Below, one piece after another: positions 51,372-63,865 of a DNA stretch of 64,000 nt. The stretch comes from Gonapodya sp. JEL0774 (taxonomy: Eukaryota): positions 62,001-126,000 of the forward strand of contig JADIIX010000030.1 of assembly GCA_027604505.1 (NCBI GenBank). Direction: 5' to 3'. A model generated the notes under the pieces. It did no database searches. It was not told the DNA's origin and worked only from the letters and a program-made list of their open reading frames with translations. The first letter of the stretch is position 1; each line of letters starts with the position of its first letter. Made by a program: the position numbers and the translations under genes.

Positions 51372-53016
51372 TCATGAGTATGTTTTGACACGTCGAGTAA
51401 TGGCCCCCCGGCAGATCGGACATTCCTCTAAAGTATTGAGATTGAATGGAGAATGTAACTATCATTCGAAAGAACACAATTGTCGTAAGTACTTACGGAT
51501 CCTTTCTGCACAGGAAGCACACTGAGAAGTAACGAGAACTGCGTTTAGCCTGCGCGGCCGAACAAGAATGCCGTCATCAAATACTCACGAGGTAATAATG
51601 GCCGCACTCCCTGCGATAAAATTGTCCATTTTTGGTTAGTCTACAATTTGGTCCAATCACGTTTAAGTCAACGTACATGATTACAGTGTCCCGCCGATTT
51701 TGCAAGCACACCACACAAAGCTCTGACTCCGGAATATCTGAGCTTGTATATCTTTCAAGTGGAGGCATAGCCCCAGATGAATGACTAGAGGCATCACCAT
51801 GAGCGGCAGTATCATCCGCGTGCAGGTCAGGGGGGAGTATCCTCCAACGCGACCTTCGACGGCGCATTTGGGCCACTACCTGACGCTCTGCGTGAAGTTT
51901 GTAGCTCTTGTAGAGACGTCGGCAGAGGAACATAGCCAACAAAGTAGTTGGAACAGCGAAGATGTACAACCAAGTCCTCGAATTGGCCCGTTGATCCTCA
52001 AGAAAATCAGCAAAACCTTTCACTGTCAGTACAAACGGACGCTTGGGGTCATCAGGGTCCAGAAGGACCGGCGGGGCAGATCCCGCTAAAGTTTTGGTTA
52101 CGATTGTCGACGTAATTGGGGAGGGCAAGTTTGCATCGGGCAATGCCGAGGCACTGCTCACATCCGCATTGCTAGAAAATATTGTTCGCCCTGCATCAAT
52201 CGATTCGCTTCTACCCGGAGTGACGATCTGTATTGTATTCTTGAATGGACCAGGAGTGACAGTCGGAATCTGCAACGTGTTTTGAGCACCCGTTGGGTCC
52301 CCAACTGAAATGTGCTTCGTAAAGTCCAGCACGCCAATAGCTGTAACTTTCGATCCAACCGGAAGGGCGCGCTCGGAAACTTGATACCCGATAAGTCGTT
52401 CACCGCCAAGAAAGTCCAGCGCCATTTGTACCGCCGAAGGTGGGGCACTCGGCTGAAAAACATCTGAGACTGTTGCAAGAGATAACGAAGAAGGGATCGA
52501 CGCGGCGTTTGGGAACGAGGGAATGGTGGCAATAATCGAGGTGGCGAAGGGAAGTCTCGGGGCGGTATGTGAGAGGTGAAACGGGACAGAGCGCGAGAGG
52601 CGGGAGACTTCCTGAACTCCTGATATCCATTCACGAAAGACCTCGCTGTAACGGTTGAAGTGTCTGACGACGACGAATTCGTACACGACCGCGCGGACGT
52701 CCCGTGCGTTGACACATTGGATGAGCGTTCCTTCGCTCAAAGGTTGAACTGTCCCTTCAACGTAGCAGTATTTCCCGTCGTACTCGTTGGCAAGGCTTTC
52801 TGTTGTATGATCACCAGCAGGAGGGAACGGTAAAGATGATGAAAGCAATCTATAATGGGCCACCTTAGACTGGTACATCAACAGGCATCCCGCCGATAGA
52901 GCTTGACGTTTCCAAAGAGAGTTATTGACGAACGGCACATTGGTAGGAACCAGAACACTCGACTCACCTCCAGACAAAATGCATTCCCACCAAAGCTCCC
53001 TAAAATCAAGCAACAT
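51372..53016 (-). CDS. MUL1/MAPL/SP1-like E3 ligase (TM, GIDE domain, TM, C3HC4 RING)
   Basis: GIDE-like YCYVEGTV...SRSVPFHL...VSDVFQP...GYQVSERALPVGSKVTAIG...PFVLT. TM2 WLYIFAVPTTLLAMFLC. RING CVVC...ECGHYYL|CASC...|ECPICRGAITRRVKTYS* assembled over small exons. Confidence 0.85.
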
Positions 53017-54183
53017 ATCACTTTGGTAAGCCCCAACTGGGTGTTGGTTTCCGATGCCGGTGGGGGTGATGAAGAATGTTATTCTGGCATTTACGTTTAG
53101 GCTGGCTTCTGAAGTTGCCAGCGTAGGTAAACATCAAACCAAAACCATTTTCGAAAAAATGAAATACAAGGATGCGAAATACATATCAAAGTTACGAATG
53201 CAGCTCGCAGTTCAATACTATCGTCGAGCTCGTACTATCGTCGATACCGAGCCCGACGAGCTTGCAGCAAGTCGTATGAGTCGGTAATGTCAATATTCGA
53301 CTTTCGCTTTGCCAGGATCCTGGCAAAGAAATACGCATTGATTGAGTGTTGGATTTATGGAATTGAATGTTTCGGACTGCACTCCCAATTCGTGAACAGA
53401 ATAGGTGTCCCATTTCCCTCTCACAGCACTTCGCACAAACGCCTGGAAACTAGAGCGCGGGGTGCACTGAAACTCACTGTGGTTCGGGATTCGTTTGAGC
53501 GCGAATGCACCGATATATCCAGTAGATGAGTCTACGCGTGGTGATTCGGGACAGTAAAATGGGTGAAGTGTTCGAGGAAGACATGCGATTGAGATGAATA
53601 GGGATAAGAAATTGGAGTATGCGATGTACATACGCTAGGATGTGGACGATGATCACCAGCTCCAAGAGACCCAGACCTACTTCCCTCGCGGCCTCAACTG
53701 TCTCTTCATCTGTGAGGGAAAGTAGATGGTGCTCGTGCGTGCTGTTTGAACGCTCTGCCGATTTCGAATCAGTTCCGTTGGATGAATTTCTTGTGCCTGA
53801 CAATATCACACTAGTTGTCGGTCGCGGTACCATCGGTGATCTCCTATTGCGAAGAATGGGGAAGCGTTCTTTTTTGTGGCTGAAGGTCCAATATGTGATA
53901 ATAGCTTCATATGAAGTTGAGCTTGGTTCGGCAGCACGCACGCCAGCCCCAGGCACTCGGATCATTCAACATAGCAGGTAATACTATCTGACCACACACT
54001 TCTGACCACAAATTTCGCGTATTCAAAGCATACACAGTGAGTCTTTCTTGTGGTGCTTTTACCCTCCTCGCTCCTCCGCCTTTGCTACTATGGACCACAA
54101 GTGTTCCCCGCTTTTGGTATGAATAATAATACTCTAGATTTTGTGCTAACAACCACACCGACCTATCCAAACACCACGCTATT

Positions 54184-55942
54184 ATGCCCACGGCAAAACC
54201 CGCCCCAGGATCTCCGAACTCAGTGATAGTGACCGAGTAAGTGGTTAATCTGGATGCTGACTTGATTTGCTCTGAGAGTTTTGGCCCAGGGAAATCAATC
54301 GGGACGGGTGGTTCTACGAACGCACCACGTTTCCAACGATCCTGTATGAAAAACCGATCTCACGGGGAACGGGAACGTCCCACCTGGATGCGCATATTGC
54401 GCGAATCATCTTGAACAGGCCAAGCCAGAGAAATGCTCAGGACATTCAAATGCTGTGAGCTTTGCAACTTTTACTAGTACTGTAGAACATTCCGTAGTTT
54501 GACTCCTCTGTAGATACGATCTCAACGATGCATTTGACATGGCTTCACAGGACGATGAGATTAAAGTGATCGTCTTATGTGGTGGAAACTCACCCCATTT
54601 CTCAGCTGGACATGATCTAGCCGACAAAGGAAAGAGTATGCAATTACTTCTTCGGGAAACACAGGTGTTTTTGTGAATTTACCGTGTACTGATGGGTTCG
54701 GTAGTGGAGGATCACAAGACTGTTGGAACGTGGTGTGGATTCCATTCTGGTGGATCTGAGCAACAAATGAGCAAAGAAGAAGAAATTTATCTCGGTGGGT
54801 GCCTGTTGCGGCGCCATCGAAGCTACAACTCACTATTTTATTACATATATATAATTTTTTTTGGAAACGCTTCAATTTCCTGCCAGGAATGTGTCGCCGT
54901 TGGAGGAGTATTCCAAAGCCGACTATTGGTGAGTCCGCTGTGGTATAGTGATTGCAATTTCTCTTAACCTGTGATTTACGAATCAGCTATGGTGCACGGC
55001 AAGACCATCGCTGGAGGTTTGATGCTCATATGGAGTAAGTCCTGCAACACTCATGAGGAACATTCTTTACGCTGAAGTCGGGTTCTATTGAAGTCTGTGA
55101 CATTATTATTGCATCTGAGGATGCAACGTTTTCAGAGTAAGCATGATGTGATGTTTTTGAATGCAAACTGCATCAGCAAGTTTAATTTCGACACAACTTC
55201 ATTAAAAGCCCAGTTGTGTCAATGTGTGTTCTGTAATATTTTGTTTCTACTTGATTTGTTTGGACCTATCTGATGGGCGTATTGTTTCGGAGGGGAGTGA
55301 ATGGTGTCGAGTGGTTCGCGCACCCATGGGAACTGTGAGTGCCCGTCAGTAAAAGTACTCTTGAATTCGTCCTCATTCCCAAGCTTAGTGGCCCTCGAAA
55401 AGCGAAAGAATTTCTTTTCACGGCTGATACTTGGACGTCTCATGAAGCTCACCGTCTTGGGATGGTGAGGAAGTTTTCGGAGGCAGATGTTTATTGCAGT
55501 GTCACAATATCGGCAATGGCCGGGACAGGTGAACCATGTTGTTCCACGCTCTCAGCTTGAGCTGTTTACGCAAGATATGGCTAGAAGAATTGCGAAAAAA
55601 CCCCTTTTTGCATTAAAACTGACCAAGGACAGTGTGAATCAGAGTGTGGACTCCCAAGGTGGGTTTGTCACCCACAATCTGTCATGACAGTGACTGGTTT
55701 TGGTCAACCTAATCTTCTTGAAGGACAATGGACTGCCATTCAGGCAACATTCTCCATGCACCAGGTCGCCCATTCCCACAGTACGTCCTGTTCCGCAATT
55801 TGCGAGTCTCTTAGTACCAAACGGTCTACCTTAAATAGACTTGATTCGTTTTGGTCAGCTAATTGACCCCACATACTTGCAAACAAGCTCCCTCCCAAGG
55901 GTTTCGGGGAACAACTCGGGCAACTCGAAGAGCAAAATGTAA
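54184..55942 (+). CDS. Enoyl-CoA hydratase/crotonase family protein, bacterial type, many introns
   Basis: ARIILNRPSQRNAQ, YDLNDAF, HFSAGHDL, EEEIYLG|MCRRWRSIPKPTI|AMVHGKTIAGGLMLIW|ICDIIIASEDATFS|DPVVSM|GVNGVEWFAHPWEL|GPRKAKEFLFT, VNHVVP, ALKLTKDSVNQ. Confidence 0.92.
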
Positions 55943-56077
55943 TTCATTCATGTAATCGAACATTCCCCCACATTGCAATTGCAGTGTCCCTAAATGCGTG
56001 CTATATGCCTCCATCAAAATTGCCGGCAAAGATCAGCCTGTTTCATATATCTACGGAGCATCCCTGCTCCACCAACG

Positions 56078-56458
56078 TCATCGCAACATGTCCTTCGCAC
56101 CACCTGCGAGCAGTTGAAACCGAATGAGCCATTGCTCAAAGAGCTCCGTGTTACCGGGTCGAGGTACTACCGCCATTGCGTCTCGTCGAATTAATCGCTG
56201 GTCCGTTACGGACAATTGAGACTGTTCGGGGGGTGCAGACAGGTGAACGAGAATCTGCATGGTACGTCGGACCGCCTGCCGCTGGTACTGAAACGCTAGC
56301 GTCCCAAGGTTCGAAGAGAGAACTCGAAGGAAAGCTTGTAAACTAGCCGCTTGGGCAGAAGCAGGATGGGAGAGCCAGGAGTTCTCGGAAGGGTGGAGGT
56401 ACTGTGGATGAAGACTACCAGCCAAAACAACATCATGACTTGCAAGTGCTCGTGGCAT
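56078..56458 (-). CDS. Hypothetical small protein
   Basis: Uninterrupted ~126-aa ORF (MPRALASHD...FEQWLIRFQLLAGGAKDMLR) filling the gap between two genes; no recognised motif. Confidence 0.35.
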   Translation of the reverse strand: MPRALASHDVVLAGSLHPQYLHPSENSWLSHPASAQAASLQAFLRVLSSNLGTLAFQYQRQAVRRTMQILVHLSAPPEQSQLSVTDQRLIRRDAMAVVPRPGNTELFEQWLIRFQLLAGGAKDMLR

Positions 56459-56835
56459 GATAGGGGAAGTCAGACTCCGTGCAGTGAAAAGACTGTTCTT
56501 TCGGATTCGATTTTCCGATCGAGGGCCCAAATATTTATGGGGCAGGACATCCACCAATTTCACTTGACAATCATCGAGACATTATTGCACTCATGTATAT
56601 CAAGTATTGATTTTCAGGTGGCCGTTTTGCAACTTACTTATCACAAGGAGGCGTGACAGTTTAATTGCGCATGAACAGGTCAATCAAAGATGGTGTGAAT
56701 TGTTTTACATAATGTGGCGCTTAGTAGATCTGGATAGGAGAAGGATTTGTATTCGACGAGTGGGAGGGAGTTATCGAGCTTTTGGGAAGTTGGCACACCG
56801 CTTCGGCAGAACACTCCCCCAACGCTACTGATACG

Positions 56836-57862
56836 ATGAACCTTTTTGGTCGTCGCAAGGAACCAAAAGTTGCCCCCAAAGATGCCATGGCAAAGTTGCG
56901 GGAGACCTCGGACATGCTGGAGAAGAGAGAGAAATACCTGGAGAATAAAATAGATGCGGAGCTCAAGTTTGCGAAGCTGAATGCTTCCAAGAACAAACGA
57001 GGTGAGCTCACTGAAGCTATCTTGCTCCTGAGATTCCCTGCCGTGATCTTAGCTGGTGAATGAGGATGTTGGAATCCAATCCTGCTGTTCAACTCACGAA
57101 GTGTGCTCATTCCTCAATGTTGATCCCCTGGACGTGATTCGTAACGACGCGGATCATTCCTTTGCATGCATTCCTGCCTGTTGTTGGGGCTACAGCTGCT
57201 CTTATGGCTCTTAAGCGGAAAAAGACATATGAGACAGAAATCAATCGACTCGGCAACACCAGGGCGACCATCGAGGCACAACTCGGTGCCATTGAGAGTA
57301 CAAATATCAACATGGAAGTTATGAAAGCCATGCAGGCGGGTGGACAAGCTATGAAGACGATGCACGGTGACCTGTAAGTGCAATCGGATTGCTAAAGCAA
57401 TATTCACACTCCTCCCGAACGCCGTTCCCATTCAGCACTATCGATAAAGTTGACAATGCGATGGATGATATACGAGAACAAATGGACCTCGCTAACGAAC
57501 TCGCAGAGGCGTTCGCCCAACCAACAGGTTTCGGTGTAGACTACGACGAGGATGAGTTGAACGCAGAATTAGACGCACTGGAGGAGGAAGCTTTGGAAGA
57601 ACGGTTTGCTGAGGTTCCAGGTGTTTCGCTACCGGGAGTGCCCAGTACAACTCCTGGTGAGTTTGGCGAGCTCGACTGAAAGTTCCAATGTTTTTGCTGA
57701 CTATGTAGCACCCTTCGCACTTTTCTCGCGTGCTTTCATGAATATGTCTTGTTCACGATATCATCTACAGTTATTGCAGGCCCGCCGAGACCTGTGAAAG
57801 CTCAGCCTGTGGAAGAAGACGACGAGGAACTCAACCAACTCAAGATGCAAATGGCTATCTAA
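56836..57862 (+). CDS. SNF7: ESCRT-III subunit Snf7/Vps32/CHMP4
   Basis: MNLFGRRK...PKDAMAKLRETSDMLEKREKYLE, ALMALKRKKTYE, AIESTNINMEV, IDKVDNAMDDIREQ, DEDELNAELDALEEE, DDEELNQLKMQMAI*. Confidence 0.95.
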
Positions 57863-57903
57863 CATGTTAGTATAATTAGTGAAGCTCTGTGTAAGTGGCG
57901 TGA

Positions 57904-57964
57904 GGGAAGGGAAGGGGTGCTGGATTAGATATAGGGCGGGGGGGGGGGGGGGGGTGTCGGGGGT
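57904..57964 (+). repeat. G-run cluster including a G17 homopolymer (G-quadruplex-capable) downstream of SNF7
   Basis: gggaagggaagggg...gggc, G17 (57938-57954), tgtc, ggggg. Confidence 0.6.
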
Positions 57965-58154
57965 GTAGAACAAGCATCCAAATGACTTTTGTGGGACATG
58001 GACTAGTCAAATTCTAAATTTCGTTGATATTGCTATACAGATTGTGTGTGGGGTGGTTGTGTTTCTACATTACATTCATCAAATTTGGTGTTTTCGTGCA
58101 ATTATCCTAGAAGGTGACGTCGCGTTGCTACCACCTCTCCCCATCTAGACAACT

Positions 58155-59997
58155 TTACATTGCGACCCCTCCTTGAAGAGCCCCGGAATGATCACCACTC
58201 AAACCGAGCTGAAAGAGTACCTGGGGATCGTAGGGATGTCGCACAAGTTGATCAAAGAGGCTCTCGTCGATGCCCGGGAGTAGGCGGTGAACGACCATTT
58301 CTACACAGAGGCGTGCACGAAGAGACGGGAACGTTCGCAGACGGCGGCTGGGACTGGTGGTGAGAAATGTTATCACTCGCGGAAGAACTATCGGAGGTCA
58401 ATTCCCGTCTGCAACAACGACCCACCTCTCGTCGGCCAGCAAATCGTCCCTCATCATCATCAATTGCGCTATGATGCACAAAATGTTGAAGTGGACACCC
58501 CACGCCAAGAGGAAGTCCCAGAGTCTCAAAACCTCATCCAAGGGTTGAACACAAGCAGAAAAGGTTAGAACAACTGTATTCAAAAAAATGTTGAGATCTC
58601 AAAACAAGAAGAGAAACAACACGAATTTGAACTCACGTGGCATGGCAAAAGTTTGCACGGTGAGGCCCTTGCTCTTTAAGTGTTGGTGAAGTGCAGGATC
58701 GAGGACAGAAAAGCAAATATCTAAGAGCTTCACATGCAAAGTTTGTTAAAGAAATTGTTTGCCGTTGTTGCAGTGAGACATCTGCTTCGGAGCATACCTT
58801 TAAACCGCAGTGCGCACCTTCCAGGCTTGGTTGTACGTATAGCGGACAATTATTTTGGATAAAATTGGTGAAAACAAAGAAGGCATCGAGTTCCGAGGGC
58901 ATAACGTAGATTATAGGAGCAAGGAGAACGTTCATTCCCTGAACGTATGAAAAGCGAAAGGAGAGGAGGTGTGACGTTGGAAAGTCTAGGTCGGAGCTGT
59001 TTGACTAGGAAGCTAGGAAGAAGTGAGAATTGATATTAACTCACCTTTCGCTTTCCACGCGAATGCGTTTAGGACACGTATCATCGCTACTTCCTCTACC
59101 TTGTCTAAGAACCTCTCGTCGGTGGCCAGAGTCCGGAAAGTATCGTTCTTGATCTTGTCATACACATCAGACTCTCGCCTCGCAACGAGTGATATATACT
59201 CCGAGGAAGAGATACGATAGACACCTAGCAAAATTTTCCACACCTGACTTCGTAGTGTGTGTATCACAGGGGGCAGGACTATTGCGGACCCTGCTCGCCC
59301 AGTGCCCGAAGCGGGAACACTCTAAGAGTAGTCAAAATAAAAAGTATTCACCATCAAGTCAAACTAGGATTGAAGTCCTTTGCTTGAATGCTCGGTCACG
59401 TTGGGCACTCACATCCAGTTCTGGAAGGCCTTCCGACAGAATTAGTTTCCTCAGTTTCCGTAGCGACTCCCGAAGGTCTCTCTCCGTTTTATTGCTTGCA
59501 CCTAGAAGCGTTTCATATTTTGCTCTCAGCCCCATCTGAAAGTTTCGCCCCCTCGGAGGACTCCCGAGATGAGACGAATTGGAGGGATTGGATGCATTGG
59601 AGGATGTAGAGGGAAATCCACGCTTAGGCACAGGGGGATGACTCGAAAAAGACTGTCCAGATGAGGGGCGTAGAGGTGAAGAAGGCTGGTACTTTGTGGG
59701 GGAAGGAGTCGGCAAAGGTGGTTTAAACTTGAGATGTGAGGACTGTGATGTTGAGCTGTTCCAGGTCTGCTTGGTACCGGAATTAATGGAATTAAGTCCT
59801 TTACTACCAGAAGGAGCTCCTGGGCGAATGGTTGGCTGAGGAACGCTTGCCGTTGGAGGGGTCTGGGCTCTCAGCCGTGATGGCGACGCCGGCGCGTAAC
59901 TTCGCGGAGACCCCGCCGAAGTCCCTGAATGCGGCGATGTCGATAGCAAGAGATGATGTCCAGAAACTCCGGTCGATGGGGGATTGCTCGGGGGCAT
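58155..59997 (-). CDS. BUB2: Bub2/Cdc16 TBC-domain GAP (mitotic exit/septation)
   Basis: LRKLILSEGLP, LRSQVWKILL, YDKIKNDTFRTL, IRVLNAF, YVQGMNVLLAP, CPLYVQPSLEG, LRLWDFLLAWGVHFNILCIIAQL, LVRHPYD. Confidence 0.92.
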
Positions 59998-60108
59998 AAG
60001 GACCAGGGGAGAGACAAGTTATTTGTTTCTGGGTTCTTGACCTGGGACGCTGTGATGTGCTGTGTGAGAAAAGCACACACCAGATCGATACCATGCGAAT
60101 CTGTATAT

Positions 60109-63100
60109 TCACGACAAAACGATAGATTGCAACTCTCCCAGATCTACTACCTCAATGTCCCTTGTACGCGCTTTCACGCGCAGATTTCGATCTTCCGTAA
60201 CGAGCAGAACAGGCATAGCGGTGTCATAGTCATTTTCTTTGGCACCCACAGAAGCGCCTGAAGTCTTGCTTCCGGTGGCCCACCATACGCAGAGTTCTAA
60301 GATCACATCATCATTTGTCAGTCGCCGACCGTCCAACCCCACAGTGCGTTCCTCAGCAAGTCCCACCGAGTCCCACCCAGGAAGAAAGCTTCCCTTACTA
60401 GTTTGCAAACGCAACCGCCCCAAGCCCAAAACGCCCGTCCCCAGAGCTGCCTTGATGAAGTCCGCGGCCGCTTTTGCATCAGTACGATCTTTACTCAAGC
60501 CATCCAGCTCGGCTGCGACAACAAGCGGCACAATAACGTGCCACTTGCCCGATTCAACTACTCGTCGTACAGTGTCCAGTTTGTGCAAGTAACAATTGGT
60601 ATCGAAAACAACGCGCGTGTGACCGGGCTTTGCAGTCAGGCAGGACAGTGACCCCTTAGACGTTTGCGCGAACCCTTCTCCATGCCGTCCTGTCACACGA
60701 GAGCTACCATCCCGACCAATCAAGTCAACTTGTGTCGGTTTGATCCTCGCTGAAAGCTTCGTTAGCCGATCCCGCTCCGCCCTCAAACCTAACACATTTT
60801 CATCTTGATCCATGGATCCCAGAAAAGTGGCGTATTCTATCACCTGCTCTTGTTCGTCGTCAGCCGCAATCGGCCAACTTCGTGGCACGGCAACAACAGG
60901 GATTGCAGGAGGGGGAGGACCAGTGTGCTTGGTACGGGCTGGTTTTCTCGGAGAATCTACTTGCGGCGATTTCCGAAGAGTTTGCTCTGACATTTGTTTC
61001 TCTTTGAGATCCTTAGGTTCCGCGTCTGAACCCTCGCTCGTTGTCGGATCACCCTGCTTGGATAATGCCATGCGGGATAAGGGCGATTTGGCTAATTGCT
61101 GTGCTCCGGTCACATTCATGCAGCGCCTTGCGGTTTCCTGATCCACTGCACAAGGCATCATACGGTTCTCCCATCCGGCCATGCATTTTTCTGAGACGGC
61201 GATTGCCCACCATGTATCACCACCGTCCAGGCCAATCGGAATACCCTCCAGTTCTGGTACTCGGGATCCGAACCGCTTTGTACCGGGGTAATATGTCATG
61301 AACGATGTGAGCTGCGAAACATTTATTGGTCAGCAACATCGCAAGACGACGGAAAATGATCACGTACTTGAGTCAGTTCCCGGCCTAGAACCAATACCCG
61401 TAGCCTCCTGGCCCATTTCACCGAATCATCTTCCTTCTCAGCCAGGCGAGTAACCAGGCCGAATCCAGAACTCTCTAGATCACTAGATTTCTCAATATCG
61501 AGAAAAGTTTGGATCCATGGTGCGGGATTAACCAGCTTGTCCTTTAAAACCCCACGTTTGAGAGCGTGCGACCCATGAGACCTTGAAAGCGGCTCGAAGT
61601 TGCGTAGATCAACATCCTCAGGCAACGCAATCCCAGTGAGATAAATTGGCGAAGAGGATGAATTAACATCGATATTGAGTCCAGGAACAGAATCAAAGTC
61701 AAATGAAGGATCCCTTTGTCGCATCTTCTCGAGCAAGACGTTAAGGGCTCTGACAGCAGCAGGAAAGATGCGCACAGCCACAGTCCCCCCCTGGTCATCT
61801 GACATAGCTCTAAACCGCATGAGAGGGTCGTAACCAACATCCCACTGCCCTTTGGTCAGCGCTACAAGCCACAACAAGCACACTTCAAATGAGACCAGCA
61901 ACACATCGTTTTCTGGATCCGTCGGGTCCGATCGCTCCGCGCGCACAACCCATGCCTTGATCACCTCCCAGTACACAAGGACAAACACCCGCATGGCCCC
62001 GTCCAGACGCGGATCATACTCTCGCTGGCCAGACTCCTGTAGTGGGTGTGTAGCCCAATAAGATTTAAAAGTTTGGTGCTGGAGCGCCACCGCAACGCAA
62101 GCGCATTGCAGCCAGGCGTCAGGCGGGCCCTCAAGGTGCGGTTGAGCGAGGTATCGACGCAGCAGGAACGTCCAGTCCCTAATGGCCCGCTGAAACTCTT
62201 CCATGCGAGTCTTGGTGTGGATAATGCCGACTGCCCGAGTGAGAGCGACTTCCATTTCTTCCTTCCCTGCTGTTCGTACTCGGCCTTTACGGCCACGCAG
62301 ACAACCCTTGATCTGGTCCCACTTATGACGATTCTGCTCAAAGAGAACCAGGAGTGCCTCTCGGCAATCGTATGGTCGCAAACTGCACTGTGCACGAAGA
62401 AGGAAATGCAAGGGGCTAAGAGGTTGTGATAACAAGTGGCCAGGTGGCGGATGTACAAGTCCTTGACCGGGCGAGAGTTCCACTGGGCTGGACAGGTAAG
62501 CAATGGCGAGATGGTTGAAACGTACACCTGCAATAATCAACCCCAGCGAGTTACAGTCTCAGTTACGAGCAATGGAAATGGGCTCAGACCCTCACCGAAA
62601 GTCGGCTGCATTCTGGCGGCAACCTCATACAACACAAGGCTCCTCTCCCAGTCCACCACGTGACCTGATGCCGTCCACCTGTATCGCGACATATCACCCA
62701 AATATGAGAAGCACCGCGCATAGAACCCGACGGCTACCTCGTCCCATCCGCTCCTTCCTGCCCTCTCCTGCATTTCCGACGTGGCGACGAGACGGAGAGC
62801 GTACCGATATACAATCTCACACTGCGTAAGATACTGAAAGAATGCAGATTTTATATCAGGATCGACCATCGACCCGGCGTTCACAGCTGTATAGACACTG
62901 GATGGTGGTCCAGAGTCTTGTTCCACCGGCTGCATAATTGCCGCGATGTACTCTGTTCTGAATGTTTCAACAATCGGATACATGGCATGCTTCCACAATC
63001 GTACCTCAACGTCGTAGCCAACCTTCTGCTGACGTGCGGCGTCCGATCCCGTGCCAACCTCCGGGGAACCACCAACAACTGGATCCGTACCTGAATCCGT

Positions 63101-63865
63101 GAACTCGCGTTGGCCGTGAGGAACATGACCACCATGCTTTCCTCTTATTGCGAGTTGGGGGTCAAGTTTAAGAAAGGTGAGGTACAATGTGAGCAGGCGG
63201 AGACGCTTGTTGACTCGCTCTAATGTTGCCTGTGCCTTGGGAATGACATTGCGGTCAAACGTCGTTTCAGTGTTTTGTGCCGGAGAGTTAGAGGCTTCGA
63301 GAGTACTTCCGAGCAATAACGCCTGCGCAGGCATGACACCCAATTCGTCAACTTTGGTGTTCAAGTCCTCTTGTTCTGGGCTCCGGCGTACGAGCTTCGT
63401 TTGAGACAAATCGCGTTCGATGTCACAAATTTCACGATAGATGGACTTCATATGACGGTGAATGCGACCTTTATCAACCAACTGTTGTGCTCCTGTTAAG
63501 GGGAGACTCAAGGAGGATTGTGGAGGTGTTCCTGGCCTTGGAGAGACCGTGACCGAGTCACTGTCGTATTCAGCCTGTCCTTGTCCATTATTCGACGTTG
63601 TTAATCCTACGACGAGAGTAGTCACCATTGAGGCACGGCGACGCGCATCCGCCGCGAGGGACTGAGGCGAGTGCGGTGGGAGGAGTGGATCCTCCGCGGC
63701 AGGGTTCCGAAGTGAGCGCGTGCCTGAATACGGTGCATCGGCGCTGGGAGAGAATTTACCAGCAGAAAAAGAAATCGCCTCTGGGGGTCCCTTGCGGGCA
63801 GTCGAGCTCGAATCAAGAAACGGCCTCGACGTATTTTCAGAGCCTCGTGAAAGAGGTCGCTGCAT
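60109..63865 (-). CDS. Est1/SMG6-like NMD/telomerase factor: Est1 helical domain plus C-terminal PIN nuclease
   Basis: VEVRLWKHAMY, CFSYLGDMSRYR, YEVAARMQPTFG|...FNHLAI, LPEDVDLRNFEPL. PIN: VVFDTNCYL...VPLVVAAELDGL...NDDVILELC...LLVTEDRNLRVKA. The 5' end may lie upstream. Confidence 0.85.

Noticed and set aside
53159..53981. Short plus- and minus-strand ORFs between the MUL1-like and crotonase genes, with a 12-bp direct repeat (tactatcgtcga)
   Set aside because: I could not build a convincing spliced model or recognise a domain; may be a small gene or a relic.
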